A stretch of 64,000 bases of DNA from a virus (Duplodnaviria; Caudoviricetes): positions 1 through 64,000 of the IMG/VR virus record IMGVR_UViG_3300031867_000034. The stretch is one strand, 5' to 3'. The notes under the pieces were generated by a model that made no database searches, was not told the origin of the DNA, and saw nothing but the letters and a program-made list of their open reading frames with translations. Each line of letters opens with the position of its first letter. Position 1 is the first letter of the stretch. Shown here piece after piece: positions 9,456 through 18,708 of the stretch. The position numbers and the translations under genes were made by a program.

Positions 9456-10346
9456 ATGGCAAAAGAAAAACTTACAGTACAAGCAGATATTACAGTTGCC
9501 GCAAGAGAGGTTGACTTTGTAACAAGATTTGCGCAGAATTGGGATGCTCTTAGAGAGATTCTTGGAATTATGCGCCCTATTGAGAAGGCACCCGGAACAA
9601 AACTTACATCATACATTGCATCTATGAAAGATGAAGCACTCCAAGGCGGAGCAAATGTTGGCGAGGGTGATGAAATCCCATACACAGAGTTCCAGGTTAA
9701 GCCGGCAACATATGCTGATGTAACACTTGAAAAGTATGCAAAGGCTGTTTCTATTGAGGCAGTAACAAAGTATGGTGCCGCTGTTGCCGTACAAAAGACA
9801 GATGAAGCATTCCTTAATGAACTTCAGAATGTTGTTATGGCAAGATTCTATACATTCCTTGCAACCGGAAGTCTTACAGACACAGCAACAACATTCCAAA
9901 TGGCTGTTGCAAAGTCTATTGGACTTGTTAAGGATAAATTCAAGAAGTTGCATAGAAATGTAACCGGTGTTGTTACATGGGTTAATACTCTTGATGCTTA
10001 TGAGTACCTTGGAGCCGCAAATCTCACAGTTCAAACCGCTTTTGGTATTGATTATGTTGAGAACTTCATGGGTGCGCAAACACTTATTCTTTCAAGTGAG
10101 ATTGCAAGAGGCAAGGTTATTTCTACACCTATCGAGAACATTGACCTTTACTATGTAAATCCGGCTAATAGTGATTTTGCACAGCTTGGATTGGTTTACA
10201 CCACAGATGGAGAAACAAACCTTATCGGATTTCATGCAAATGGTGATTACTCACATGCTGTTGGTGAATCATTTGCCCTTATGGGAATGGCTCTTTGGGC
10301 TGAATACCTGGATGGAATTTCAGTTGTTACAGTTACCGGAGCATAA
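9456..10346 (+). CDS. Major capsid protein (phage A)
   Basis: 296 aa after scaffold; VGEGDEIP, KYAKAVSIEAV motifs; strong RBS. Confidence 0.85.
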   Translation: MAKEKLTVQADITVAAREVDFVTRFAQNWDALREILGIMRPIEKAPGTKLTSYIASMKDEALQGGANVGEGDEIPYTEFQVKPATYADVTLEKYAKAVSIEAVTKYGAAVAVQKTDEAFLNELQNVVMARFYTFLATGSLTDTATTFQMAVAKSIGLVKDKFKKLHRNVTGVVTWVNTLDAYEYLGAANLTVQTAFGIDYVENFMGAQTLILSSEIARGKVISTPIENIDLYYVNPANSDFAQLGLVYTTDGETNLIGFHANGDYSHAVGESFALMGMALWAEYLDGISVVTVTGA

Positions 10347-10358
10347 TGCGGAGCGGAT

Positions 10359-10667
10359 ATGTATAGAGTTATAAAGTATTTCACAGATTTACAAGATAAT
10401 AACCATGCTTATCATGTGGGGGAGCAATTCCCCCATGATGGCATGGAAGTTTCTGAAGCAAGGCTTATTGAGTTATCAACAAATAAAAATAGGCAGAATG
10501 TGCCTTTAATTGCAAAAGTAGAAGTTGAGGCGGCGCAAGTTGATGAAGATGTGCCACAAGAGCCGGTTGAAGGCTTTATGAATCCACCGGAACAACCAAC
10601 ACCGGATGCAGTTGATACCGAGAAGCCCAAGAAAAAGAGGGGTAGACCAAGAAATGATGCTGAATGA
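10359..10667 (+). CDS. Hypothetical head-associated protein
   Basis: Follows the capsid gene; basic KKKRGRP tail. Confidence 0.6.
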   Translation: MYRVIKYFTDLQDNNHAYHVGEQFPHDGMEVSEARLIELSTNKNRQNVPLIAKVEVEAAQVDEDVPQEPVEGFMNPPEQPTPDAVDTEKPKKKRGRPRNDAE

Positions 10668-11097
10668 ACTTTGCCAGGAAATAAAAAATTACTTTGACAA
10701 AGGACAGCCGAAATTCTTTGGGCAAATCGAAATCCAAGATGGGGAATTTACGGATGCCGAAATTTTGGATAAGATGAAACCAAATCAATACTTCAGAATA
10801 GTAGGCTCTATCTTCAATGATGGGGTCTATTGTTTTAATGAAGAACTTGAATTAGAAGATGAAACCTTTGATGGTGCAATATGGCTTATGGCAATTCCTA
10901 AAGATTTCTTAGCACTTGCAAAAGAGATTGAGGATTGGCAAGAGAAATATTCCGGAGCCTTAAACAGCCCATATACATCGGAATCATTTGGGGGTTATTC
11001 ATATTCTAAGGCAAGCGGCAAGAATGGCGGCGGTGCCGTAACATGGCAAGATGCTTTTGCAACCAAGTTAAATCTATACCGGAGAATTAGGATATGA
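10654..11097 (+). CDS. Head-tail connector/adaptor
   Basis: SESFGGYSYS motif; synteny. Confidence 0.75.
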   Translation: MMLNELCQEIKNYFDKGQPKFFGQIEIQDGEFTDAEILDKMKPNQYFRIVGSIFNDGVYCFNEELELEDETFDGAIWLMAIPKDFLALAKEIEDWQEKYSGALNSPYTSESFGGYSYSKASGKNGGGAVTWQDAFATKLNLYRRIRI

Positions 11098-11447
11098 GTT
11101 TGATTGATGATTTTACAAGTGCATGTGTAATGCAAGATAGGGTAACAATACCGGATGGCTATGGCGGATTTAAGCCGGCATGGGTTGATGGGGCGGAATT
11201 TAATGCCGCTATTACTCTTGATACTTCCATGCAATCAAGGATTGCGGAGCAACAAGGGGTAACCGCACTTTACACAGTAACAACCAAGAAAAACATCAAT
11301 CTACAATATCACGATGTATTTAAAAGGCTTGATGATAATAAGATATTCCGTGTAACAAGCGATGGTGATGATAAGGCAACACCAATTAGCGCAAATCTTA
11401 ATATGCGCCAGGTATCGGCGGAAGAGTACGTTTTAAGCGACAGATAG
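11094..11447 (+). CDS. Head closure (stopper) protein
   Basis: PDGYGG motif; synteny. Confidence 0.7.
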   Translation: MSLIDDFTSACVMQDRVTIPDGYGGFKPAWVDGAEFNAAITLDTSMQSRIAEQQGVTALYTVTTKKNINLQYHDVFKRLDDNKIFRVTSDGDDKATPISANLNMRQVSAEEYVLSDR

Positions 11448-11462
11448 TGATATAATTAAGTT

Positions 11463-12140
11463 ATGAAGTATTGTGTTTATTGTCATACAAACAAACTGAA
11501 TAACAAAAAGTATATTGGTATAACACGAAATGTTCCGAAAAAGCGATGGCAAAATGGAAGAGGCTATATAAACAATGAGCATTTTTTTAGAGCAATTACC
11601 AAGTACGGATGGCATAATTTCACACACGAAATTCTTTATACCGATTTATCAAAATCTGAAGCGGAAAACCTTGAAATTCTTTTAATTAAAGAATACGATT
11701 CGGCAAATCCTCAATATGGATATAACATTGAATTAGGTGGAAATAGTACAGATAGAATCACTGATGTAACAAGGAATAAGATAAGCGATGCATTAAAAGG
11801 GCATGAGTGTTCCGCAGAAACTAGGCTTAAAATAAGTATAGCAAACAAGGGGAAAACGAGAGCCAAAAGAGGCAAAATGACCGAGGAACAATGCGAAATA
11901 AACCGCTTATCTCATTTAGGGCAAATTCCTTGGAACAAAGGTAGAGCGTGGAGCGATGAAGAAAAAGCGAAATGCGGCGGAAAATCTGTATATTGTGTTG
12001 AATTAGCCAAGGTTTATAGAACGGCTCACGAAGCGTCAAAAGATTTGCATATTGATTTTTCAAGTATATGCAAATGTGCTAGGGGCAAGGTAAAACGTGC
12101 CGGAGGTTATCATTGGAAATATTTGGAGGTGGAGCCATGA
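11463..12140 (+). CDS. GIY-YIG homing endonuclease with NUMOD3/NUMOD1-like tail
   Basis: VY..T...YIGIT, RWQNGRGY, YGYN; HECSAETRLKIS repeat. Confidence 0.88.
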   Translation: MKYCVYCHTNKLNNKKYIGITRNVPKKRWQNGRGYINNEHFFRAITKYGWHNFTHEILYTDLSKSEAENLEILLIKEYDSANPQYGYNIELGGNSTDRITDVTRNKISDALKGHECSAETRLKISIANKGKTRAKRGKMTEEQCEINRLSHLGQIPWNKGRAWSDEEKAKCGGKSVYCVELAKVYRTAHEASKDLHIDFSSICKCARGKVKRAGGYHWKYLEVEP

Positions 12141-12508
12141 CAAAAGGACAAGCAATACAAGCATTTTGGGAATCCTTTGGATTAACCGCATACGATGAAA
12201 CCACAGTTCCGGATGATGCCCCATTCCCATACATTACATACCAGGTTCACACCGGAAGTATTGGGGATGTATGCATTGTAAATACATCATTATGGTATAG
12301 GAGTTATTCTTGGAAAGAAATTTCCGAAAAAACCGAAGAAATTTCCGAAGCAATTGCCAAAATGTACCCACCAAGTATTAAAATAAATGGTGGAAGGTTG
12401 TATATTACAAAAGGAGCGCCATTTGCTCAAAGAATGGGTGATGCATCAGATGATGCAATTAGGCGCATGTTACTTAGTATCAACTATGAATTTTTAACCG
12501 AATATTAA
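12137..12508 (+). CDS. Tail terminator/completion protein
   Basis: VPDDAPFPYITY motif; synteny. Confidence 0.7.
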   Translation: MTKGQAIQAFWESFGLTAYDETTVPDDAPFPYITYQVHTGSIGDVCIVNTSLWYRSYSWKEISEKTEEISEAIAKMYPPSIKINGGRLYITKGAPFAQRMGDASDDAIRRMLLSINYEFLTEY

Positions 12509-12514
12509 GGAGGT

Positions 12515-13330
12515 ATGAAAATGGGAAGATTTACAGTTATTCCGGAAAATACTTTTTCCGCACTTCAACTTGATGCCGGTGTGCTTTTAAAGAGATTTAA
12601 TCCGGCAAATCCCACTATTGCGGATGAAGATATTATATGTGCAACAACCGGTGGCATTAATCCGGTATGTAAACCAACATTTTCTGATTTTGGAGAGGAT
12701 GTTGATAATGTACCCAACAACATGATGGAGTTTAAGCACCTTGATGGTTGGGAATGCTCAATTGCCACAACGTCACTTGGCACATCACCGGAACTTATCA
12801 AAATGGCTCTTGGATGTGCTGATATTGACAGCACAGATACATCCAAGATTGTACCTAGAATGGATTTGAAGCAAACGGATTTTGCATCAATTTGGTGGGT
12901 TGGTGATAGAGCCGATGGAGGATTTGTTGCGATTCAGTTGAAGAATGCACTTGCAACCGAAGGCTTTTCGCTTCAGACAACAAAGAATGGAAAAGGGCAG
13001 ATTGCAATAACCATTATGGGGCATGTATCAATCAATGCTCAAAAAGAAGTGCCTATGGTATTCTATTCCGCAGACCCAACCGAAGGAGTTACATACACAG
13101 TTAAACAAACACTTAGCCATGTAACATCATCATTTGCAGAAAATGCAATTGCATCCGGTGAGGCTCTTGAAGCAACACTTACCGCCGATGCCGATTACAC
13201 ACTTGCTAACGTTACTGTTCTCATGGGCGGTGAGGACGTAACTGATGATGTATACACAGCCGGAACAATAAATATTGCAAGTGTAACCGGTGATGTACAG
13301 ATTATTGCAACAGCAACACAAGGAGCATGA
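12515..13330 (+). CDS. Major tail (tube) protein with C-terminal Ig-like extension
   Basis: GATTGG-like ICATTGG motif; beta-rich C-terminal domain; synteny. Confidence 0.8.
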   Translation: MKMGRFTVIPENTFSALQLDAGVLLKRFNPANPTIADEDIICATTGGINPVCKPTFSDFGEDVDNVPNNMMEFKHLDGWECSIATTSLGTSPELIKMALGCADIDSTDTSKIVPRMDLKQTDFASIWWVGDRADGGFVAIQLKNALATEGFSLQTTKNGKGQIAITIMGHVSINAQKEVPMVFYSADPTEGVTYTVKQTLSHVTSSFAENAIASGEALEATLTADADYTLANVTVLMGGEDVTDDVYTAGTINIASVTGDVQIIATATQGA

Positions 13331-13333
13331 TAA

Positions 13334-13759
13334 ATGAAAAATTTAGCAACATGTAAGCCAAGCGAATTTGTGGCACAAACGGCGAAGATAAAAAATGCGG
13401 TGGCAAATTGGGTTGAGGTAATTGAACTTATGACTATAAGAGCAAATCAACCACAATATGAGCCAATACCACTTGAAGCAACAGTTGAAGAGAGGGCAAG
13501 GATAACAACCAAGAATGCCGAATTAAGACAAAAGAAGGCAATGGAAAATCTAAGCAAGATTCTTGATAAGATGCTTGTGGAGCATCCAACAGAAACTTTG
13601 AATGTGCTTGCGCTTTGCTGTTTTGTAGACCCGGAGCATGTTGATGATTACACCATGGATGAATATTTAGAATGCATTATGGATATGATGCAGAATAAAA
13701 GTGTGCTAAATTTTTTCTCCTTATTGGCTCAAGTACAGACAGTTGCGAAATCTATTTAA
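13334..13759 (+). CDS. Tail assembly chaperone (G-like)
   Basis: Between tail tube and tape measure; slippery T-TTT-TTC near its end. Confidence 0.75.
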   Translation: MKNLATCKPSEFVAQTAKIKNAVANWVEVIELMTIRANQPQYEPIPLEATVEERARITTKNAELRQKKAMENLSKILDKMLVEHPTETLNVLALCCFVDPEHVDDYTMDEYLECIMDMMQNKSVLNFFSLLAQVQTVAKSI

Positions 13760-14037
13760 AAAGTTTGGAAACCTTAAATTTCCAACTATTAGAAATAATG
13801 GGAATAGGCTATGTAATAGAACATTACATAGCCTTTTTAAAAAAAGAGCAACATGAAAAGGCATACAAATGTTATGTTGCCGATGCATTAAGGATTATTA
13901 CAGAGAACACGGCAAAGGCAAATGGCGGTAAATATTTGCAAGCCAGGTATATTGATTATATTGAGCCAAAGAAAGAGGAAACAAGAACCGCAGATGAAGT
14001 AATTACAAGTTTAAAAGAAAAATTGAGGCGATTATGA
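13711..14037 (+). CDS. Tail chaperone T-like extension reached by -1 frameshift
   Basis: -1 frame is open from the heptamer at 13711-13717 to the stop at 14037. Confidence 0.7.
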   Translation, partial: FFLLIGSSTDSCEIYLKSLETLNFQLLEIMGIGYVIEHYIAFLKKEQHEKAYKCYVADALRIITENTAKANGGKYLQARYIDYIEPKKEETRTADEVITSLKEKLRRL

Positions 14038-15956
14038 GCAATGTTGTATTTGAACTATTTGCCAAATTGGGGCTTGATTCAAGTGAATATGAAGAAGGAT
14101 TGAATGATGCCAAAGAAAAGGCATCGTCAATTGGTGGAGTAATTGCCGGAGGATTGCAAACAGTTGGAAAAGCCGGTGTGGCTGTTGGAGCGGCGGTTGC
14201 AACCGCAACAGTTGCCGCCGGAACCGCACTTGTAAAAGGTGCCGGGGATGTTGCCGCATATGGTGATAACATTGATAAAATGAGCCAAAAAATGGGAATT
14301 TCCGCACAAGCATACCAAGAATGGGATGCCATCATGCAACATAGCGGAACTTCTATTGAGGCTTTAAAGCCATCAATGAAAACACTTGCAAATGCCGCAG
14401 AAAAAGGAAATGAGGCATTCCAAAAACTTGGCATTTCTGAAGAAGAGGTTGCATCATTAAGCCAAGAAGATTTGTTTGCAAAGGTTATTACCGGATTACA
14501 AGGAATGGAAGAAGGCACAGAAAGAACATACCTTACAAGCCAACTTCTTGGAAGAGGCGCAACGGAACTTGGTGCCCTTCTTAATACAAGCGCAGAAGAT
14601 ACCGAGGCTATGCGCCAAAGGGTGCATGAACTTGGTGGAGTAATGAGCGATGAAGCTGTTAAAGCGGCGGCGGCTTATCAAGATTCATTACAAGATATGC
14701 AAACCGGCTTTGATAGCTTAAAAAGAAATTTGGTATCTGAATTTTTGCCATCTATTACCGGTGTTATGGATGGATTGACGGATATATTTGCCGGAGATTA
14801 TGAAAGTGGATTAAGCAAGATTTCAGATGGTGTGCAAAGCCTTGTAACCGGAATATCAGAGCAATTACCAAAGGTTGTTGAAGTTGGTTCTTCTATTATT
14901 GAAACATTGGCAACAGCAATCATAGATAATTTGCCAACTATCTTTGAAGCCGGAATGAATTTAATATTGCAACTTGGAATGGCTATAATTGAGAATTTGC
15001 CAAAATTGATTCAAGTGGGATTGCAACTTATTACCACTTTAGCGCAAGGAATTGTTGGGGCAATACCGCAGATTATACCGGCAATAATCAATGTAGTAAC
15101 AGAGATTGCAAGAATCCTTACAGACCCAGGAACATTAATACAACTTATAGATGCGGCAATACAAATTGTTGTTGCAATTGGGCAAGGAATTGTCGAAAAT
15201 ATACCATCACTACTTCAAGCACTTGGTGATTTAGTAAATGGAGCAATGGAGTTTTTGACAAATAGTAATCCGGAATTTATGCAAAAGGGCGTTGATATGA
15301 TTATGAATCTTATCAATGGATTTGTTGAGAATTTGCCCCAAATAGTTACTATGATTGCACAATTTATAGCGGCATTTGTTGCCAATATAGCCGCTAATCT
15401 TCCAACTATTATTCAACAAGGTATTGAGATAATTGCAAAACTCATTGTGGGCTTAATACAAGCTATTCCACAAATAGTTGCGGCTATCCCACAAATAATT
15501 GTATCTATCGTTGATGCTTTTGCTCAATATGATTGGTTGTCAATTGGTGTAAACATCCTGGAAGGTATTAAAGATGGTATTTTAAGTGCTGTTGGTGCTG
15601 TTATAGATGCCGCAAAAGAAGCCGCCGGAGCCATTTGGGATTCTATAACCGGATTCTTTGATATTCATTCACCATCTAAGAGAATGGCTTGGGTTGGTGA
15701 AATGTTGGATAAAGGATTGGCAAATGGTATTGATGCTTATAGTGGGCTTGTAGATAATGCCATTGGCAATGTATCTGATATTGCGGATATAAATGCAGAA
15801 ACAAACATAAATGGAAGTGGTACAAATGGCACCAATATGGCAAACAATGTTATAATAAATGTATATGGGGCACCGGGGCAAGATGAAGAGGAAATTGCAA
15901 TAAAGGTGGCAAATGTACTTAGGGATAAAGTTGTTTCAATAGGAGCAATGGGATGA
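14034..15956 (+). CDS. Tape measure protein
   Basis: FELFAKLGLDSSEY start, helical 11-residue repeats, FDIHSPSK C-terminal motif. Confidence 0.9.
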   Translation: MSNVVFELFAKLGLDSSEYEEGLNDAKEKASSIGGVIAGGLQTVGKAGVAVGAAVATATVAAGTALVKGAGDVAAYGDNIDKMSQKMGISAQAYQEWDAIMQHSGTSIEALKPSMKTLANAAEKGNEAFQKLGISEEEVASLSQEDLFAKVITGLQGMEEGTERTYLTSQLLGRGATELGALLNTSAEDTEAMRQRVHELGGVMSDEAVKAAAAYQDSLQDMQTGFDSLKRNLVSEFLPSITGVMDGLTDIFAGDYESGLSKISDGVQSLVTGISEQLPKVVEVGSSIIETLATAIIDNLPTIFEAGMNLILQLGMAIIENLPKLIQVGLQLITTLAQGIVGAIPQIIPAIINVVTEIARILTDPGTLIQLIDAAIQIVVAIGQGIVENIPSLLQALGDLVNGAMEFLTNSNPEFMQKGVDMIMNLINGFVENLPQIVTMIAQFIAAFVANIAANLPTIIQQGIEIIAKLIVGLIQAIPQIVAAIPQIIVSIVDAFAQYDWLSIGVNILEGIKDGILSAVGAVIDAAKEAAGAIWDSITGFFDIHSPSKRMAWVGEMLDKGLANGIDAYSGLVDNAIGNVSDIADINAETNINGSGTNGTNMANNVIINVYGAPGQDEEEIAIKVANVLRDKVVSIGAMG

Positions 15957-16669
15957 ACGATTATTTTGTTTTTAATGGTCTTTCTTCTTCAGATTGTGGG
16001 GCATATATAGTTGCAAGCGAACTTGACAATGCCCCACAAAGGGATGTTGAAAAAATAGAAGTACCTGGAAGGAATGGGAGCCTTATTATTGATAATGGGC
16101 GGTATAAGGATGATGAACAATCATACAATGGCATTATATATGATTCAAACAGATTTGATGAATATATAAGTGCATTTAGAAGCCTTATTTTATCTGATGC
16201 CGGCTATAAAAGATTGGAAGATACCTTTAAGCCGGATGAATACAGAATGGCTTATTTCAATGGCGATTTTTCACCCAAAACAATCCGCATGTGGAAGAAG
16301 ATGGGTAAATTTGAAGTAAGATTTACATGTAAACCACAAAGATATTTAAAAATGGGTGAAAAAACAACCGATTTTACCAAGAGCGGAATTTTGTTTAATC
16401 CTTCTTCACAAAATGCAATGCCAATGATAAGAGCCTTTGGATGGGGGCAAATTAATATTGGCGATTATGGAATATATATCGGTCAAAATCAATTGCCTTA
16501 TGTGGATATTGATTGTGAAAGAATGGATGCCTATTACAATAATATCAATTGCAATAATATGATTTCTTTAGAAAGTGATTTCCCTATCTTAAAACAAGGT
16601 GATACAGAAATTACTTTTGATAGAAGTATTACATTGTTGCAAATAGTGCCAAGGTGGTGGATGATATGA
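15953..16669 (+). CDS. Distal tail protein (Dit)
   Basis: VPGRNGSL, F.CKPQRY and PRWW motifs. Confidence 0.8.
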   Translation: MNDYFVFNGLSSSDCGAYIVASELDNAPQRDVEKIEVPGRNGSLIIDNGRYKDDEQSYNGIIYDSNRFDEYISAFRSLILSDAGYKRLEDTFKPDEYRMAYFNGDFSPKTIRMWKKMGKFEVRFTCKPQRYLKMGEKTTDFTKSGILFNPSSQNAMPMIRAFGWGQINIGDYGIYIGQNQLPYVDIDCERMDAYYNNINCNNMISLESDFPILKQGDTEITFDRSITLLQIVPRWWMI

Positions 16670-18687
16670 TACCAACACTATATGAAGAATATGAAACCGA
16701 ATATATATCAAATGGAATTGGGCGGTTATCTGATGCCATTTCTTGTGTAATAACACAGAATAAAGCCGGAACATATGAACTTGTTATGCAATATCCTTTA
16801 GATGGCATCCATGCGGAAGAAATAACAAATAATCGCATTATTTATGCGGTTCCGGAACGTGGTAAGAATCCACAACCCTTTAGGATAAGGAATGTTGAAA
16901 AAACACTTAATGGAAGAATGAAGGTAACAGCCAGGCATAATTGTTATGATTTGAATTATTATGCTTGTAAGGAATTTGGGCAAACCGATGTTGTACCATA
17001 TCAAATCACACCGAGCCTTTATGATTCAAGCGATGATTTAATTGGAGTGCTTACGGATTTGATTATGTATAATGTTGAAGTTGGCACAACCAAATGGATT
17101 TTAACACTTGTTTATCCGTATGATGGTGAATATGCTGAAGATTTAACCATAGGCAATTTTATATTTGCACAACCGGCAATTGGTAGAGATTTAGTAATGT
17201 TTAATATTACTGAAGTAGAAGAGCCATTAAGTGCAAGTGAAAATTATGTTGTAAAAGCCCAAGCAAACATTGTTCCATATGTTCCAAGTGAATACAATAA
17301 AATGACAGTAACACAAGCACTTGGATATATAAAATCATATGCAGATTCCATCCAGGATTGCCCATTTACATTTACAGCCGCCCCAACAACCGCCGGTGAT
17401 ACTTGGGTAACCACACAAAGAACATTTTGGAGTGATGTGCCAAAGCCGGTTAAGCCATTGTTGCAAGGTTCTGAAGGAAGTGTTGTTGATGTGTTTGGTG
17501 GTGAATGGGAATTTGACCATTTTAATTGCATCTTGCATGAACAAAGGGGTTCGGATAATGGTGTACAATACCGATATGGCAAAAACATTACTTCCATAAA
17601 TGAGAGAATCAATATTGATGAAATATATACACATGCATTCTCATTTTGGAAGGGCACAGCATCATCCTCAACCAACACGGAACAAGGCGAATATTATACT
17701 AAGATGGGAACTATTCTTAATATCTTAGATTTAGATTTTTCCGCAATGTTCCCCACACAAAGAACACTTATTATTGATGCATCGGATGATTTTGAATATG
17801 AGCCAACAGCACAACAGCTTGATGATTTCACCAGGAAATATGTTGCCGATAATTCATCCGGTACACCAACAGTTACAATCGAAGTTTCCATTGTTGACCT
17901 TGCAAATACAAAGGAATATGAGGATATAGCGGCACTTGAAGAAGTAAACTTGTATGATACAGTTACAATTGTATTTCCAAGGTTCGGAATCAATGTAAAA
18001 TCAAAGGTAACAGAGATTGAATATGATGTTTTAAAAGAAAAGAATAATCATGTAATTATTGGTAATGTAACAACCAAATTAGCCAACATTATTGCTAAGA
18101 ACAAAAGCGATATAATAAAAACCAAGGCTGATTTGAAGAAATGGGCTGATAAAGCCATGGAAAGAGCCACAGAAGCACTTGCCGGATGGAATGGCGGAAA
18201 TATAAGGAAGAATTATAATAAATCTGACCATAAACAGCAATCCATGTATATAATGAATGCAGATAATATGCAAAGTGCCGGAAAAGCCATTAAATTTGAT
18301 GGATATGGAATTGGGGTAAGCGGCAACGGGGCAGAAGGCAACTATACTTACATGGTCAATATGTCCGGAGGAGGGTTATATTTTACAGATTCCTTTGCCC
18401 AGGATGGTGATACAAATGCGAGTTTTTTGAAACGTGGTATTATAGTTAAAGGAAAGAGTTATTGGAATCTTAATAGTGGTGAAATCTATATTGAGCCTAT
18501 TGGAATAAGAGTAAAGGGCACAGCCAATATTGAAGATAATCTTAATGTTACCGGTGATGCAAGTGTTGGCGGAAGTCTTGTGGTAGGGGGGTATGATGTG
18601 GCTGAATCATTAGATGGATTAGGTAATATAAACGATGCAATCGAGGATTTAGATAGAAGAGTATCAGCCCTTGAAGGACAGAATTGA
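16654..18687 (+). CDS. Tal-like baseplate hub / prophage tail endopeptidase-family protein
   Basis: QPFRI, GGEWEFD, YGKNIT, V.LYDTV motifs. Confidence 0.8.
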   Translation: MVDDMIPTLYEEYETEYISNGIGRLSDAISCVITQNKAGTYELVMQYPLDGIHAEEITNNRIIYAVPERGKNPQPFRIRNVEKTLNGRMKVTARHNCYDLNYYACKEFGQTDVVPYQITPSLYDSSDDLIGVLTDLIMYNVEVGTTKWILTLVYPYDGEYAEDLTIGNFIFAQPAIGRDLVMFNITEVEEPLSASENYVVKAQANIVPYVPSEYNKMTVTQALGYIKSYADSIQDCPFTFTAAPTTAGDTWVTTQRTFWSDVPKPVKPLLQGSEGSVVDVFGGEWEFDHFNCILHEQRGSDNGVQYRYGKNITSINERINIDEIYTHAFSFWKGTASSSTNTEQGEYYTKMGTILNILDLDFSAMFPTQRTLIIDASDDFEYEPTAQQLDDFTRKYVADNSSGTPTVTIEVSIVDLANTKEYEDIAALEEVNLYDTVTIVFPRFGINVKSKVTEIEYDVLKEKNNHVIIGNVTTKLANIIAKNKSDIIKTKADLKKWADKAMERATEALAGWNGGNIRKNYNKSDHKQQSMYIMNADNMQSAGKAIKFDGYGIGVSGNGAEGNYTYMVNMSGGGLYFTDSFAQDGDTNASFLKRGIIVKGKSYWNLNSGEIYIEPIGIRVKGTANIEDNLNVTGDASVGGSLVVGGYDVAESLDGLGNINDAIEDLDRRVSALEGQN

Positions 18688-18708
18688 AGAGTATAAAGGA
18701 GGGATAAC

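Noticed and set aside
14003-15881. Minus-strand ORFs opposite the tape measure and other structural genes
   Set aside because: Shadow ORFs of strongly biased plus-strand genes, with no RBS or recognisable motifs.
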